DNA of 63,309 nt, the filler included, from Sphacelaria rigidula (lineage: Eukaryota): NCBI GenBank assembly GCA_964200075.2. It is 7 parts of 7 records of this genome, joined end to end, with 100 filler letters (N's around TTAATTAATTAA, not from the genome) between each part and the next. Parts side by side here need not be neighbours in the genome. Positions count along the whole stretch, not along the records: positions 1 to 8,959 come from CAXNAA020009650.1; positions 9,060 to 18,018 come from CAXNAA020009651.1; 5 more parts are not named here. The stretch is one strand, 5' to 3'. The translations under genes and the position numbers were made by a program. The notes under the pieces were generated by a model. It ran no database searches. It was not told the origin of the DNA and saw only the letters and a list, made by a program, of their open reading frames with translations. Shown here piece after piece: positions 1 to 13,613 of the stretch; the stretch's first letter is position 1, and each line of letters opens with the position of its first letter.

Positions 1-100
1 AGTGATCTGTGGTTCCCACGTCCTCCGCGCACACGTGTACTTCCATTTCTCCACTACTTGTCTGGCCAGGGGACGGAAGGGGAGGTTCCCAAAGGGTTAA
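1..100. mobile_element. Probable right end of a piggyBac-like MITE, cut by the contig start
   Basis: GTTCCCAAAGGG followed by TTAA (97-100), resembling the terminus of the element at 16227-16419. Confidence 0.4.
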
Positions 101-2590
101 CAACCTCAACAGACTTTTTATGCTATGCACGTCCTCACATTTACTGTACTCTATGGAATGCAGAGAAGAGTAGGAGGAGTCTCCCTCGGAAAACTCATAG
201 CCTATCACATTACACCATGGCATAGGAAGCGACTCAGTCGCATCACAATGATAGCACGAAGCATAGCTATCTCCTCCGGCTTGGCCTCCGCCGTCGTCGC
301 GTCAACTCCAGTCGTGGCTAAGTTCTCTCTCCCCAGTCCTTCCGCGAATTTCTCTGCGTTCTCGAAAGCGTTTGAATGGTGTTGCTGGCAAGATCGATGC
401 ATGGAGCTGTCCGTCCCTTGCACTACGCCATGTATGAGTGACTGGTGGCATCAGCCCTGACTGCCCTCCCGTTTCCCAGCATCGCCGGTCAGGCGCCGCA
501 CTGCTTCGGGCGAAGGGATCCCCAACCGCAACAGAACGGAATGCGGTGCGAACGCCATGCACAACCAGAGAAAATTATGCCGCGCAGCACCACACGGTAC
601 AATCAAATAAAGCGAAGCCGCTCACACTACACCGCCGCCACTGTGCGCGAACTTAGTTATCGCTCACGCCTCAGCTTTGAGCCACTCCTTCGAGGTGGGT
701 TGTAAAACATATCCTAGCTGTGCAGCTGCGAGACTGCAGCACCCAAGGACCCCCGTACTGCGGCTTGGTCCGGTAGATCTTAATATTGACTCGGATAAAC
801 CTCTAGAGTCGGTGAAGGAGCCCTCCGTGAACCCGCTCCAGCGGCGGGGTGCGTCCCGCCGCGCGACTCCTTCACTTCCTCCGCAGCACCGCCAGCGGCG
901 CGGCAGTCGATGTCTCGTGTACTAGTCGGGATAAGATTCCTATCAACAGCATCATTTCCATTGTTATGCTCCCCCACTTGGCGTCACAGCGGAATATAGT
1001 CCTTCTTGAATATTATGGAACCTTGAAGACTACAAGTGCACCGATGACCTCTAGAGTGTTTGGGTAGTCGTCGCGCCGCGTAGCGATTGTGGGCGCACGG
1101 CTGCTGCAGCCGTTCAGAACCAAGACGACTGGTACATGATACTAGAGTCGATCACAGATATCGGCGAAGGTGAAGGTATCATGGTTGGCATACTTACAAC
1201 GGGGAAGGGAATGAAACAACGCACAGATCACAGTACGCACGCCCCACTGGTCGCAGAGGGTGGCATGCCGAAGAGGCGTCGCCTCCACCTTCCACTGTTC
1301 GGGCCCCTTCTTTGCATCGACAAACGACCGTCGCCGATTGTTTCGTGTTGGAACAGTATACCGCAGGCCCAGTCTAGACCTAGCACAATCCTTGACGTGC
1401 CCTCAGCGAAGTGCGCATGTTTTCAAGAGAACAACTCGAGAAGTACCCCGGGTTTTGGAGAGCCGCTTGGTGCTCTGTGTCCGCCTCAACCTACTGCTAT
1501 GTTCGGCCAAGCCCGATAATTGTTTCCGCGGTGCAGTCTCGGGCCAAGGCGAAATATCACTTTCATGAAGTGTATATAAATATATTTCGCAACTTTTGCT
1601 CAAAGCATCTAGAACATTGGCTTGGCCGTTCACGACCTTTCGGGCGTAGATCGTATTGGTAAAAGTTAGGGGGCACTACGTGCTGTCCTCAGCGAGCGGT
1701 TCTGGGTCAAAGTGGCCGTTCTAACCTGCATATAATGGGTCTCGACGCTGCCCAAAAAAGTAATTCCCTCTCGATAGGGCACGGGGGAACACACGTGCAA
1801 CGTATGAGTAGTATGGACGTTTTCTTGTACCCCTGTATCGCTCAACACCCCCGCACCGTGCACCGGGGCGTCCATCTAACAGTGGTACCCCACAGTAGCA
1901 TCCCTTAAAGATGGTCTCGTCTCCTCTTGAAAAGGAACCTCCCGTGGCGTGTCTGTGAATTCATTGGTGACCGTGAATCCCGTGGCTCGACTGATTTGTT
2001 TTGTTGTGTGCTTAATTCCAGTGTTGTCATTCCCCTTTTCAAGTCTATCAGTTCATATACGTTACTGATTCAATTTCGCTCACTTGTCGATTGATTGATC
2101 GATTGAAGGTTTGGGCGCACCAACTCGGCTATTCTTGCGCTCGTTGACCTCGACACCTCAACGCCTCAACACCTCAATATAGCGTGTTTGCGCGGAAGGA
2201 TCCTGTGTGCCAGATTTCTATTCCTTCCACGTAGGGAAGAATAAGCTCCTGGTCCCGAACCCAAGGGAATGCACCCCAAGCGCTACTGCAACATCACTTA
2301 TACTAGTGGAAGTTGGTGCGTCACGTGCAAATAAAGAATAGTCGACAAACAGCCTAGTGCGTGAACACTCTAGTCTCTGGTAAAAGTATTCTACTAATGT
2401 GGTACTTAATCTTCGCATTCGCTGCTTGAGGCAACGATGTGTTGACGCATGCATCCAGGTGGTCCTGCTTTGCTCAGCTGCGCCACCAGATGCCAGGGCC
2501 AGGTCTGCCTTGCATTTCGGTTTCCCATGTTTCTCCCTTGTCGGCCATGCTCTACCTGCATCACTTCCCGTCTCTTCGCGTCGTGTGCAG

Positions 2591-2714
2591 TCGACAAAAC
2601 AAGAACGGTGGTTGGGGAGAATCGTACCTGGCGTCCGTGGACAAGGCGTGGGCGGAGACCGGTGTCCAGTCGCTCGCGGAAGAAACGCCCGCATTGGGTG
2701 ATGGCCTGAGTGGG
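2591..2714 (+). CDS. Internal exon of an oxidosqualene cyclase (cycloartenol/lanosterol synthase family)
   Basis: Acceptor gtgtgcag|, donor |gtgagt. Encodes RQNKNGGWGESYLASVDKAWAETGVQSLAEETPALGDGLSG, containing the QxxxGGWGESY QW-motif of OSCs. No other exon found on the contig. Confidence 0.85.
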
Positions 2715-5097
2715 GTGAGTGATCGAATGCATCACAGTTGTACAGTTAGAGGTGCTAATCGGGGCCAAAAACGTGTCCGGGCTGTTCGAGGAAATCACAA
2801 CGGCCGCAGACAAAAAATCCCCGTTTCCTTTTCTGTCCTGGGATGCTCCGCCCAAATACACTAGTTTCTACAATTCAATCTCTTCACAGGTTGATCGCGG
2901 GCGCAGGCAATGCCCTTCCTGTTCACACCCTACAACCCGTTGTTGACCATCCAAACGCACCCGATAGCAGTGACCTTGTCGTCCTGCTTTCAAGGCGAAC
3001 CCTCTAAACCTGAAAAAAATAAATAAATAGCCGGCTTACTGATCTGACCGCGGGACGTGACCTGAAATGGCCACTGCAGTGTGATGCATTGGGTTTGGGA
3101 GCACCCAACGCAACAATCGGCGCTCGAATCGCGCACTTGACCGTAGAGAATCGCCCGAATCAATCCATCCCTCGGTCCCGAGCAACGCACCGTCCTCACT
3201 AAATTCAAGTGAAAAAATATGACAGCCAGAAGGGGCTCGGGGGGAAACGTCGGGGGGCATGTCAGAATCGGTCGTGGAGTAACTTTAGTTGGGTGAGTGC
3301 GCATGTGCAAGTATAATGCATTCCACCATTTTCAGTTCAGAGAAGCGCCGTCGCTTGTGTACATACCCAGCAGCCGCACAACGAACCCAAGGTCAAGAAC
3401 ATGGCGTGTACTGGAACATACAGCATCATGGTAACCGAATCATGCTCTCCTCTTCGTCTGTGGTGTTGATTGTACTCGTACCGCCATGTTCACCGTACCG
3501 CCTCTACAGCCTCCGGCCGCAGCGATTTGAGCTTTCACCTCAGGAGTAGACGGACAAGTGTCTCCCACCCTCCCCTCACCTCAGGGTCGGGCATATGTTG
3601 AGTCGGCATACGTTCCACTTGAAAAATGAACGCAAAACTCAGATGACCAAATCTGAGGTTGGAGAGTTCAATAGAGCCAGTTATTGTAGGAAGAGGCGAC
3701 CATGTCCAGAGATTTTGACTTGAGAAATGAACACAACACACCGTCCCGGCGATCGAGCATCACTTTTAGAGCGGGCGGGAAGGGGTGACGCTCTTCAAAG
3801 GAATAATCCGATACTCGACGATACTCACAGAAGGAGGAATGTGGCGGGGGACACAACGCAGATGACATTGTATGTACTGCGCTGTACTATACTGACTGTA
3901 CTGTGCTGTACGGTGCACCTCGGCTTTGTCTATTTACACAGACGGCAGCCAACTCATGATGAGTCACTTGTGTTTGTATAGGCGTACTATTAACTTCGAA
4001 AATGGATCCCCACCCCAACTCAAGGACTTTTTTTCGCAACTGGAGGCAGGAAAGGATGACGGTGTCAAGTTTCGCGTAGTCTGATCCTTAGTGATACCCA
4101 TAGACAAACGGAACGACCGCACTGGGGGAAAGGGAAGACAACACGTACTGTAAGCTATAGTAATGTACTGCTGTACTGTACTGTGGGTTCGCAATCGGCC
4201 TTGTCTCGACCTATGCAGACGGGCACCTCCAGCGTGCTTCATCTGAGTTGCATTGTCACAGTTTTGAGGGAAAATGAATGATGAACAGACCGTACGGGTG
4301 ATGCAATGCAGCAGGAACGTGTGCGTGTCATGGGTGCAGATGGCCTTCTGCGCTTCTTTTCCCGACCGACCCGGCGGATCATTCGCTCCTTTGCCGAGCG
4401 ACCGGGCGGATCATTCTCATCTCATTGGCTATGCGATTTCTCGCCAGGAAGATCTCGGACACTGTTCGCAAAAAATTCCTATATATTTTGGCCCCGATTA
4501 GCACCTCTAACAGTTATGGGTGGGACTGGAGGGTCTAACGACCAAAAATCGGCGGCGGCGGCAAAAAAAAAACAGGAGTGCTGAGGAATAATGAACACGT
4601 CAGTAGGTGGTCGCACCTGTGCCGAGGCCCTCTCGAGCAGAACGAATGCTTCATCACTTATATATTTGGTTTACTATGAAACAGCTCTAGCACGGGAGAT
4701 CGCGCGGTTCTCAACACAGGAAAAAAGCCAGCCCACGGCACGTCACACCCCCCCCGCATACACACAAGATCCAGGGGATTCTATTTCACATTTTCCTGGC
4801 GTCGCGCCAGCAGCGAGAAACCTCCTTCCCAGAGCGCAAAACACCTCATTTTTGTACGTTTGGGTTTGGTGCGGCTCAGTATCACGCTCAAACGAAAAAG
4901 TGAAATAGGTTGACCTAGCTTGGGTGTGTGGGAAGCGCACGCAAGAAACTGCAGTCCAATCCTCTGCTTCGTCGCCGAGTTCTACGCGTTGCGCGATGGG
5001 CACTTTTGGGTTGAGGATTAGTATCTAGCGCTATTAGAGGTCCAACATCGCAAATTAAAAAAAATCGGTGCGCGTGTTGGTTTTTCTCGCCACAACT

Positions 5098-5900
5098 TGT
5101 CACGACATGCAGTTTGGTTGCGTGTCGGCAGGCGCTGCTGCTTAGTCCTGTGCGGCTGTGCACAAGAGGCAATTTCGCCTTTCAACAGCGCGTATCCCTT
5201 CAAGTGTCGAATTTCAGAGGGGGAGTTCACAGAAGAAAGAGAAAGCTAGTGGCTGCTTTGTGTCAGAACTCCAGTGCAGAAGCTGAGGCGTCTGGAGCGA
5301 TTGTAGTACTTGCACTGCCTTACATGAGCTAGCGACTGTTGTGATCATGTACTTGGTAATTGTCTGTTTATATATACTAGTATAAGGGTGAGATGCAAAC
5401 TATGCGACGGTCGACAGCTTCGTTTTCGGCTGCATGTTGTGTTCTTGCAGCGAGCAGTGTGTGACGGTGTTTCACTTTGTGGCGTGCCGCCAGATGCTGC
5501 TTCGTTCTGTACGGCTGTGCACAATGAGCAAATAAACCTTTCAACAGCGATTACCCTTCAGGTATTGAGTTGCAGAGGGCGACGTAATACATGAACTTTG
5601 GCTGTTGGATCTGAGGGTTCCAGTGGAGAAACCAGGGCGCCAAGGGCGATTTTTATTTTAGACTACACACTGACTATGTATGAACAGGTCAGCAGAGCCA
5701 CGATGTTTCAACTGAATGCCTGTACATACTGAAAGTAATATGTAAACCATGCGATTTACACCAACTTGCATCTTCTACCAAATGCTATTTTTTGGCACCA
5801 ATGTCACGACATTTGCTTTGGTGGCGGTCTGCCATGTGCTGCTTGTTCTGTGGGGATGTGTACAAAGGACAACCTCACTTATCATGAGCGAATGCCCTTT
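5098..5900. repeat. Diverged tandem repeat, about 350-bp period, about 2.5-3 copies
   Basis: Block tgt(c/g)acg...tttg...tgctgctt...ctgt...tgt(g)(c/t)acaa recurs near 5098, 5460 and 5802. Confidence 0.65.
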
Positions 5901-6460
5901 GACCCCTTGACTGGTGGAGGACGAGTTCACCGATGAAACACGGCCGTCTTGTGACAGACGTTTTCGAGACAGAATCCAAGGGATGCGCGACGCTGCTGCT
6001 CATGGTATCCAAATTTCCGTACTTCCTCGTTCTAGCACGATGTCAGGCACGCCTTTCACTGCAGATGCGTTGGTGTGTGGCGGCCACAACTGCTGCTGTT
6101 CGTGTTCTTGTCTTGTTATTTCCGCAATGGTGGTAAACGTGGGGTGGCAGCTCGGGGGCGTGCGCTTCCCGAGTAGTACAGTAGCTGAACACTAGTGCAC
6201 CAAGAGTTTCCACCCACCAACCTGGAGCGAGTTTTCCGGAGGAGCAATGTCATCTCAACACCGAGCACTCACAGGCTTGAAGAGATGTACCATGTTTATA
6301 TAGTATATTTGATATGAGCCAGGTCGTTGCTTCTAGGTGACGCATGTATTTTTGATTAATATGATTCGCCTGATGATGGCCCAGTTCTTACGCATATAGC
6401 GTTCGTGATCCATTTTCCCGAAATATAATACCCAAAATCGGCCCCCAGTCCCACCCATGA

Positions 6461-7011
6461 CAGTAGTGGGCGGTCTAACTTTTCAGGGGTGTTTTGGGGT
6501 TCTCCCCGCCTACTACTCTTCGATAGAGCTTGAAATTGCTAGCGTCGGTAGATTTGTTACAATAAGCAGATCATCGTCGAAACACAGTGCCCAAGTCAGT
6601 GTTAGTTGGTGCTATCGAGGCGATACGAGTAAATACCCCGTTTATCAGGAGGGTGTTATTGACCGTGACACACAGTTTGTTGGCTCTGGTGCAATGAGTA
6701 GGTAGAATTTCGAGAAAATAAAACTGTACATTTCTTCACAAATATGATCGGGACAGGCTCGATCGACCGAAAATACCGAAGAGTAAGAATCTGACCTGAA
6801 ACGTGACAGGACCCTCGATTACCGGTCAGCCCGCGAGTCACTCAATATTGAGTTCACATGAAGTTTTTTTTCTCTAAATGTGGAGCGGATACAAGAATGT
6901 TCAGATCCGCAATATGATAGGCGGTGGCGAGCAAGAAGAGCCCAAGAAAATCGCCAATTACGAAAAAATCACAAAATGCCACAAAATGAATAGTTAGACC
7001 GCCCACTACTG
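6461..7011. mobile_element. Non-autonomous TIR element (CAG...CTG ends, hAT-like)
   Basis: Perfect 20-bp TIRs CAGTAGTGGGCGGTCTAACT / AGTTAGACCGCCCACTACTG; no TSD recognisable. Confidence 0.7.
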
Positions 7012-8699
7012 ATTGATTGATTCATTTGATTGTCACAGTTTAACTGACCCGTGGTCTCATGATAGACGTACCAAACAAAAACGAAACTGTAAGACGCTCC
7101 AAGGAAAAAAGGAAAAGGAAAAAACTACTGAAGGTCATTTTGAGGTGAAAACCGCGGTGCGGTGACGACCAATCGGGTCGTTGGTTACCTCTGTTCACCC
7201 TCAGGTACTGCCGCAGTTTTCCACCGCTTATAGTGTTTGTTTCGGTATTGGACGGTGTGCATGCACGGCAGAGATGGCACGGGTTACCGTTTGTAGAATC
7301 AGCGGGACATGTGTCGGCAAGATGTCGAAGCCTGATTCTTGGTTCCGTAGCACGGCTCTTGCCTAAGATTGCTGGAGCTGTGTACTCTCGTTTGACTTTT
7401 GCCGGGGGATGTGACGAAGGACTGCGGGCAAAACTGCGAGCGTATGCGCTTGGGTAGTCGTTCGTGTGCACCGAGTGCACTTGGAATGTTTGGTGCGCCT
7501 CTTGCGGTAGGGCACTGATTTACAATGAATCAGCTCAGGTACGTCAGTGCCGAGCTTCTGCCAGCTGCCGTTTAATCACCGCCTTATCTTCAGGCATTGA
7601 TGTCTATCGAGGATCCCTCACTACTGTCGACATTGGCACCGGTGGACAAGGACAAAATCGGGTATTTTCCATGTGCACCGGGTACAACGCGGTACTCGGG
7701 TACACGCGAGTGTACTGGCACTTTCGGCTCCGTTCGACACCTCAAGCGGTCAACATATAAACCGCAAAGTATTAGTCGCTGAAGACATGGTTTTCCCTGT
7801 CGCGGTGTCAGAAAGATCATGCGTAGCGGTCGAGAGCCAATCTGATGTAATTCGACATGATGAGGCGCAACTCCTCGTCGACATCAGCGCAACCGCTTGG
7901 ATTGGATTTTGGATCAAGCAACTCTAGTTCAGTGCGGTAATATTTGATATCATGTTTCAGCGAGGCAAAAATCTACTCGATTTCAGTAGGTCAAGAGTCT
8001 ACGGGTTTGCGGTGGTACATAAGTACACACACACACACAAGTCCCAGTTTGACTTGTGTCATTCAAAGTCGCTGGAGTTGGCAAGTGACGATTCGCCAGA
8101 CCTAGAATCGTACCAAAGCCGTAATATTGAACCTGGGCTTTACAAGGTCATGCGTAAGATACAAAAGATCCAGAAACATGTGACGACGGCGTCCCTTATC
8201 TTGAGCCCCAAACCGCTTTTGTCGCATGCCGCAAAAATTGAATATTCCGAAGAGAAACAGCCCACACGTGGAGGTGAGTTTGACGAGTAACCAGCTTTTG
8301 GAGCCAACTCGTGCTACCTAGTACGAGTGATCATTTTCCCGCATGATTCGTGTAACTTGGGCGTAGTTGCCCGTATCCCCTGAACGACTCGCTTTATTTG
8401 GGCTTACTTTTCCCCATTTTTCGACTGCCTCGTTGGATTCGAGGCTACACGTGCACGTTTGTCACTGACTCGTGGAACTCGAGTTAGGGTCCTCCTTTTT
8501 ACCGAAGAGTTACGCGCAGGAGTCGAGTCCTACTTCTCATTTTCCTACGGTGACTCGTAGGAATCGAGTCATACTGAGACCATATTATTCCAAACAAGTA
8601 CACAAATGGCATGATTGAATGGCGAACATGCGATATATAGCCATCTTTCCCCTTTTTCGAGTTTCTTCGAGCAGCTGTTTTCGTCCTGTTCATTTGTCC

Positions 8700-8959
8700 T
8701 TCATCTTTTCTCTTCCTTTCTTTCAGTGTACACTTTTGACAAATCTGGCGTTTGTTGTTTGTTTTGTTTGTTTCTCTCTTTTTTTTCTCTCCCCGTTGAA
8801 TTCGGGGGAGCTACTTCTCACCGGTTTTCGTGGCGTCTGTTGTCCTTTTTGTTTCTTTATTTTGGTAATGTGTCTATAGCAAGGACGATATTGGAAAGGC
8901 GAGCCTACGTCTGTGACCACGGGTTCGCGAGATCGGACTAATGTGCGGAAATAATAATA
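8700..8959 (+). mobile_element. LINE/SINE-type 3' end with (AAT)n tail
   Basis: T-rich body ending ttggaaag...cgtctgtgaccacgggttcgcgagat...atgtgcggaaataataata; close copy at about 47900-48143; left boundary approximate. Confidence 0.7.
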
Positions 8960-9059
8960 NNNNNNNNNNNNNNNNNNNNNNNNNNNNNNNNNNNNNNNNN
9001 NNNTTAATTAATTAANNNNNNNNNNNNNNNNNNNNNNNNNNNNNNNNNNNNNNNNNNNN
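8960..9059. other. Artificial contig spacer (N-run with TTAATTAATTAA)
   Basis: 100-bp N spacer with an all-frame-stop core; the same spacer recurs about every 9058 bp. Confidence 0.98.
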
Positions 9060-9185
9060 GAATATGCCATTTATTACAAAAGACAATCCACGCACATACC
9101 ACGAGTAATCCCCCCCCCCCCCCCATGTCGCTTCAATTCGGGCGTCTCGCCGAATAATCTTGGCAGGATGCAGCTCACCCTTCAT

Positions 9186-9340
9186 GTGACTCGCCGAACA
9201 CATCACGGCGCTTCGCGCTTGGTGGTTGATTGCGAGCCGGCGAAAACCCGGTGTGCTCCGTCCCGGCTTTGTGGAGGTGCGAGGTCAATCGTCTCATGAC
9301 TAGAGCGTGCAACATCATGAGTACACTCCCACCCCTCCCC
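9186..9340 (-). repeat. Dispersed repeat of the G-run-headed family
   Basis: Shares cacggcgcttcgcgcttggtg...gctccgtcccggctttgt...gcgaggtcaat...catgagtacac with 25580-26012 and 27178-27317. Confidence 0.8.
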
Positions 9341-9884
9341 CAGTTTACCCCTAAATTGGAGGGGGCGCGTCTGGGGGCGTCTGGGGGGCACGCCGCGGAA
9401 AACTGTGGCGTTACTAGTATCTCTCAAGATCCTCCAGTGGCTGGCGCCCCCATTTTGTTACAGAGGGCGTTAAGTCCGAAAATAGTTCTCTGGAGGGTAT
9501 TATAAGCCGCCATCGCGCACCTAGTTCACCGAATGCACATAACCACATGAGAAACAGACGCAAACACACACATACACACATTCTCCCCCAGCGCATTGAA
9601 AGACAGGGGAATCAAACAAACTCACACACATATACGAAAATGGACACACAGAGTTTGTTCACGTAGGATAGGGGTCATGCATCCGTAGGTTCGAATGGTA
9701 CGTCTGTTCGACGCAGTCATCTGCCCACATCCTTGCCCTCTGTAATTCGAACATCTAAAGCACACATAGTCACACAGACACAAACACTGACATAACACAC
9801 GAGGGACTGAATGGCAAATGCACGCAGACCTAGGCCCAGGCCCAGATACACCTACACCCTGGAAAATCACAAAAATGAACCTAC

Positions 9885-10010
9885 CTGTAGGCGCTTTTTG
9901 TTGGCGACGAATACCAGCCGGCGCTCCTCATCGACGCAAAAGCAAGAAGCTCCTCGCGTGGACGGGACGCTCGCCAGCGGTCGGTACGTGTACAGGTCGA
10001 ACGCCATCAG
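9885..10010 (-). CDS. VPS39: Vps39/Vam6 (CNH domain) exon 4
   Basis: ag|LMAFDLYTYRPLASVPSTRGASCFCVDEERRLVFVANKKRLQ|gtaggt; 126 nt, phase 0/0; resembles the KGASLF...VAVKKKLQ region of Vps39. Confidence 0.85.
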
Positions 10011-11085
10011 CTGGTATCCAAATCATGACAAAAAGGCAAGAAAACACAGGGTTATGGTATTATCAAAAACAAGCACACGCTTTTGGGTGTGATCGTGCAG
10101 TGTGAGTTAGAGCATGATTGAGGGCAGCGGCAGCAACTGTAGGGAGAAGGAGGGAGCCGGAATATACAAAGCTCTTCCGCACAGAAATCACCAGGTGATG
10201 AGGTCAAACGCATACAAGCCGTGTACGACAACACAGCACGTCACTGGGGTGGCCGTGGCTGACTAGCGGCCATGGTCCTTCTGTTGAATACGTCGTTGTT
10301 GCTGTTGTTCTCGTCGTCGTCTTCGCGTTAAAAAGCGGCGTGTCGTTCATATTGCTTACTTTTTCGTCGCACAGGCTCCTGAAGGAAAACTAACCTTGGA
10401 TCGTCACTTGTGAGACTGATGGTGGTGATGAAAAAGAGAATGAAATGGCCCTCGGGTAAGGAGACCCATGCATTGAGTACTGATGAATTCCGAACATGGG
10501 CATCCAAAAAGACGCCGATCAGTTGGCGGACATTGTGGAAGGGGTTTCAGGTCCTCCACGAAGAATTGTGATGATTTACACTTGTCTCGAGGCTATCCAT
10601 TTTTTTTCGCTCCAACAACGGTGGGGTTTACCCTTCATTGAAACCGAGACGTCGCACTGGCAATTAGAGCTATTTTCTTGGCATCGCTACAGTGATGAGG
10701 GCGTTTGATTCTCCACCGGCACTTACCGTGATTTACCCTTTCCACTCAGCCGCAGCTCCCAGGTGGTCTAACTGGTGCATTTGAAAAACAGGCTAGGGAG
10801 GGCGTGAGGGTTGGAGTCCCGGAACGATATGTTTTATTCCGAGGAGCATCTGATTTTCATCGTCAAAAACTTTGACGAGAGTCGACGAGGTAAGGATGTC
10901 CCGACCCATCCGCGACACGAACAATCTGTCAGGCATGCACTCAGAGAAAATTGGCTTGCTTCAGATTCCTTGAGCCCACGGGTTCATCCCAAAAAAGGAG
11001 GGGGGTTGGACGTATGACGCAAACGGAAAAAAAAAACTGAGGTACACACTGGACAAGATCTGACATGGATCACATCCGCACGTAC

Positions 11086-11187
11086 CTGACCGTCCAATAT
11101 GCCCAACAGCGCTCGCCAGCCTTCAACGGCCAAAAGATCCAATACAGGCCTGCGATCCGAGCTCAGACCCTTGCGGAGGCTGTCCAC
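11086..11187 (-). CDS. VPS39: Vps39/Vam6 exon 3
   Basis: cag|VDSLRKGLSSDRRPVLDLLAVEGWRALLGILDGQ|gtacgt; 102 nt, phase 0/0, in frame with the flanking exons. Confidence 0.8.
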
Positions 11188-13613
11188 CTGGCAACACCCA
11201 CAGTTAGCGTTAGGGTTGAGGTTAGTAGGGAGAGGGCTATAGCACAACGCGTTTTTTATCATCCAGCACAGTAGCCACTCCACCGTTCAAGAAACGCCTC
11301 TTCGGAGCAAGCTTCCAAAATCTTGCTACAGCCCATAGAGTCGCCCGAGTAAGAACGTCTCATGTACCAGTATCTAGTGGCGAAGTACAACCTATGTCCG
11401 TAGGTCGGATTCCTTTCGTGCAAAAAATGATGAGCCTTCGATTATACTGATGAAAAAAGTCCCGTCATAGCGAATTCCTTTTGCACTACGTTGAGGGTTA
11501 GGGTCAGGGCTACCGTGAGGATTAGGGTACGGGGTGTGCCGTGACACTCGAGGTTACGGGACATCCTTTGATACAGTATTTCCAGCCCTTTGACCGTCCT
11601 GATACGGTATTTTCAACCCTTCGACCGCCCGTGTTATGCCGTATTTCCGTCTGCGGACAGTCCTGCAAACCACTGGAAGATTGCCTTTTTGGCATAAATG
11701 GACGCTTAATGGAAACGTGTGGTGAGGACGAGCTGTGCGCAACCAAAAATTTGAACCAATAGAGACGCGCGGTAACCGATCGTCGTGCTGTGGGTAGGAA
11801 ACGTGCAACGTTTCCGTCTCCATGCATCCATCATCCTGCTGTGTGTGTGGAAATCTTCGTACGTGCACGACCACACGCACTACTGGAGCGATCAACGCCA
11901 CGTTTTTACTGTACTGAACAGCAATGTGCTTCTGGTCATGGTCTATGCACGAACTACTTTGACGCACAGCAAACGCGTGGCGACGACTTTCTTTATTCCA
12001 CGTAGAGGTCGTCTCTCCACCATAACATTTTTTCACAACTCCCAACAAGAAACCCGTCCGTTTCCGCATCCAGCTAGCAGGCCCTGACCTCTGAGGCATG
12101 CCTTACTTTTTGCCTTCAAAGCCCATTTTCGGAAAGGGGTTGCCTGAGAGGGGGGATGGCGCCCGAGATTCCTTGTTTGGGCGAGGCAAACACATATACT
12201 ACAACAGAGAATGGAAGTCAGGCACACGAATGACGACGCCAACTCCAATTAGTCGGGATACCGGGGAGGTTGTCTAAGGGAAATCTGAGGCAAACCAAAT
12301 CCGGAAACTAAGGCATCTTAGACATGGATTTGACTTGTCAGGCATGGAATTGGGTGTCAGGCATGCCTTCGTTGTTGCCTGACCCCCAATTTTTTCGCCT
12401 GCGGCGAGCCCTCATCCACTTGCCTCAGGCACGCCAAAGGCGTGCCTTATCGGTTAAAGCCTACTAAGGGCCCGATTTGTGCAGCGGGATAATACAGAAG
12501 TTTCTGGTCAGAGACAGTGCTCACGATCTCCACCAGATGCATGATAGTTGGGCAGATTTCGCCAAAATCGATCGGGGACCTGATGTTCCTTTGGCACCTC
12601 GACAGGCTCTTGACTGTCGAGAAACTCGAGTCTGGAAAAGCGACAGGGCTGCCATAACCGCTCACTTTGAGCGATATTCCATCACCCAGAACTGGAGTGT
12701 GGGCTAGGGCTAGGACTAGGGGTAGGACTACATGAACACAGAGGAGGTTGCGGTGATGGCATGCACTGTGCATAAAACGGAAGATCTTGACGACATCTTC
12801 CCAAAGATCCAGTTGCGGCATCACTGCCACCGTAGTCCTTGAGAAAATATGAAACTGAAAAATATCCCATCGGTAGGTGCAATACCTTGTCCTCTTCGAC
12901 ATGTCAGTCAGCGATTTCGTTCATACACAAGGAAAACGAAAAGAAACACAGCATATCGAACGACCTGGTTGAGCTCGATGGCGCCAGCGCATTTGAACCG
13001 GGCAATGTTTCCCCAGCACACGAAGTACACAGTATCGCGCTTGAAATCATAGGGTGCATAATGTTCCTTCACATCGCTCGACATCATACATGCCCCTACG
13101 GGGTGTCAAAACGATTTCATGTACACCGCGCTGCATATATGAAAGGATCAATAACAATGAAAAATAATGATACCGTACCATTCCATCACTCGAAGTCATG
13201 AAAAGAGTCGGAATTATCATGGTGCTTCTATTGCTTCTGGGAATTCGGGAGCGACAACTCGAATTTGTGATATATATTTAAGCATATGATCATGCCACAG
13301 CAAAGCACAAATTATAGATCATCCTCAATCGCACACACAAGTTCCGTACCTCGCCATTACTTCAGCGACACTCATAGCGCGAGAGGAAATAGGGTCCCGT
13401 TAATCGAGTGTGTTAGTCGGCTGACCAAAAAGCAAATCATCTACTTCTTGTGGGCGTTGTGTCATACTCCAAGTCACCCGTTCATCGGGACGAGCCCGGA
13501 GTCTCCCTCGCCTTGCACTTTGTTATCGAGGAATGCATGACCCTCCCACAGCCCCTCGACTTCCATCGAAAGAATGTTTCAGATGACAATATATGTATAT
13601 GATCATGACTCAC

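Noticed and set aside
7233-7782. Possible further oxidosqualene cyclase exons or another gene
   Set aside because: No OSC motifs (VVxTxW, GDWxQE, YRNxFP) and no consistent exon chain.
12078-12463. hAT-like element with AGGCATGCC subrepeats
   Set aside because: TIRs match only weakly and no TSD was found, so the boundaries cannot be supported.
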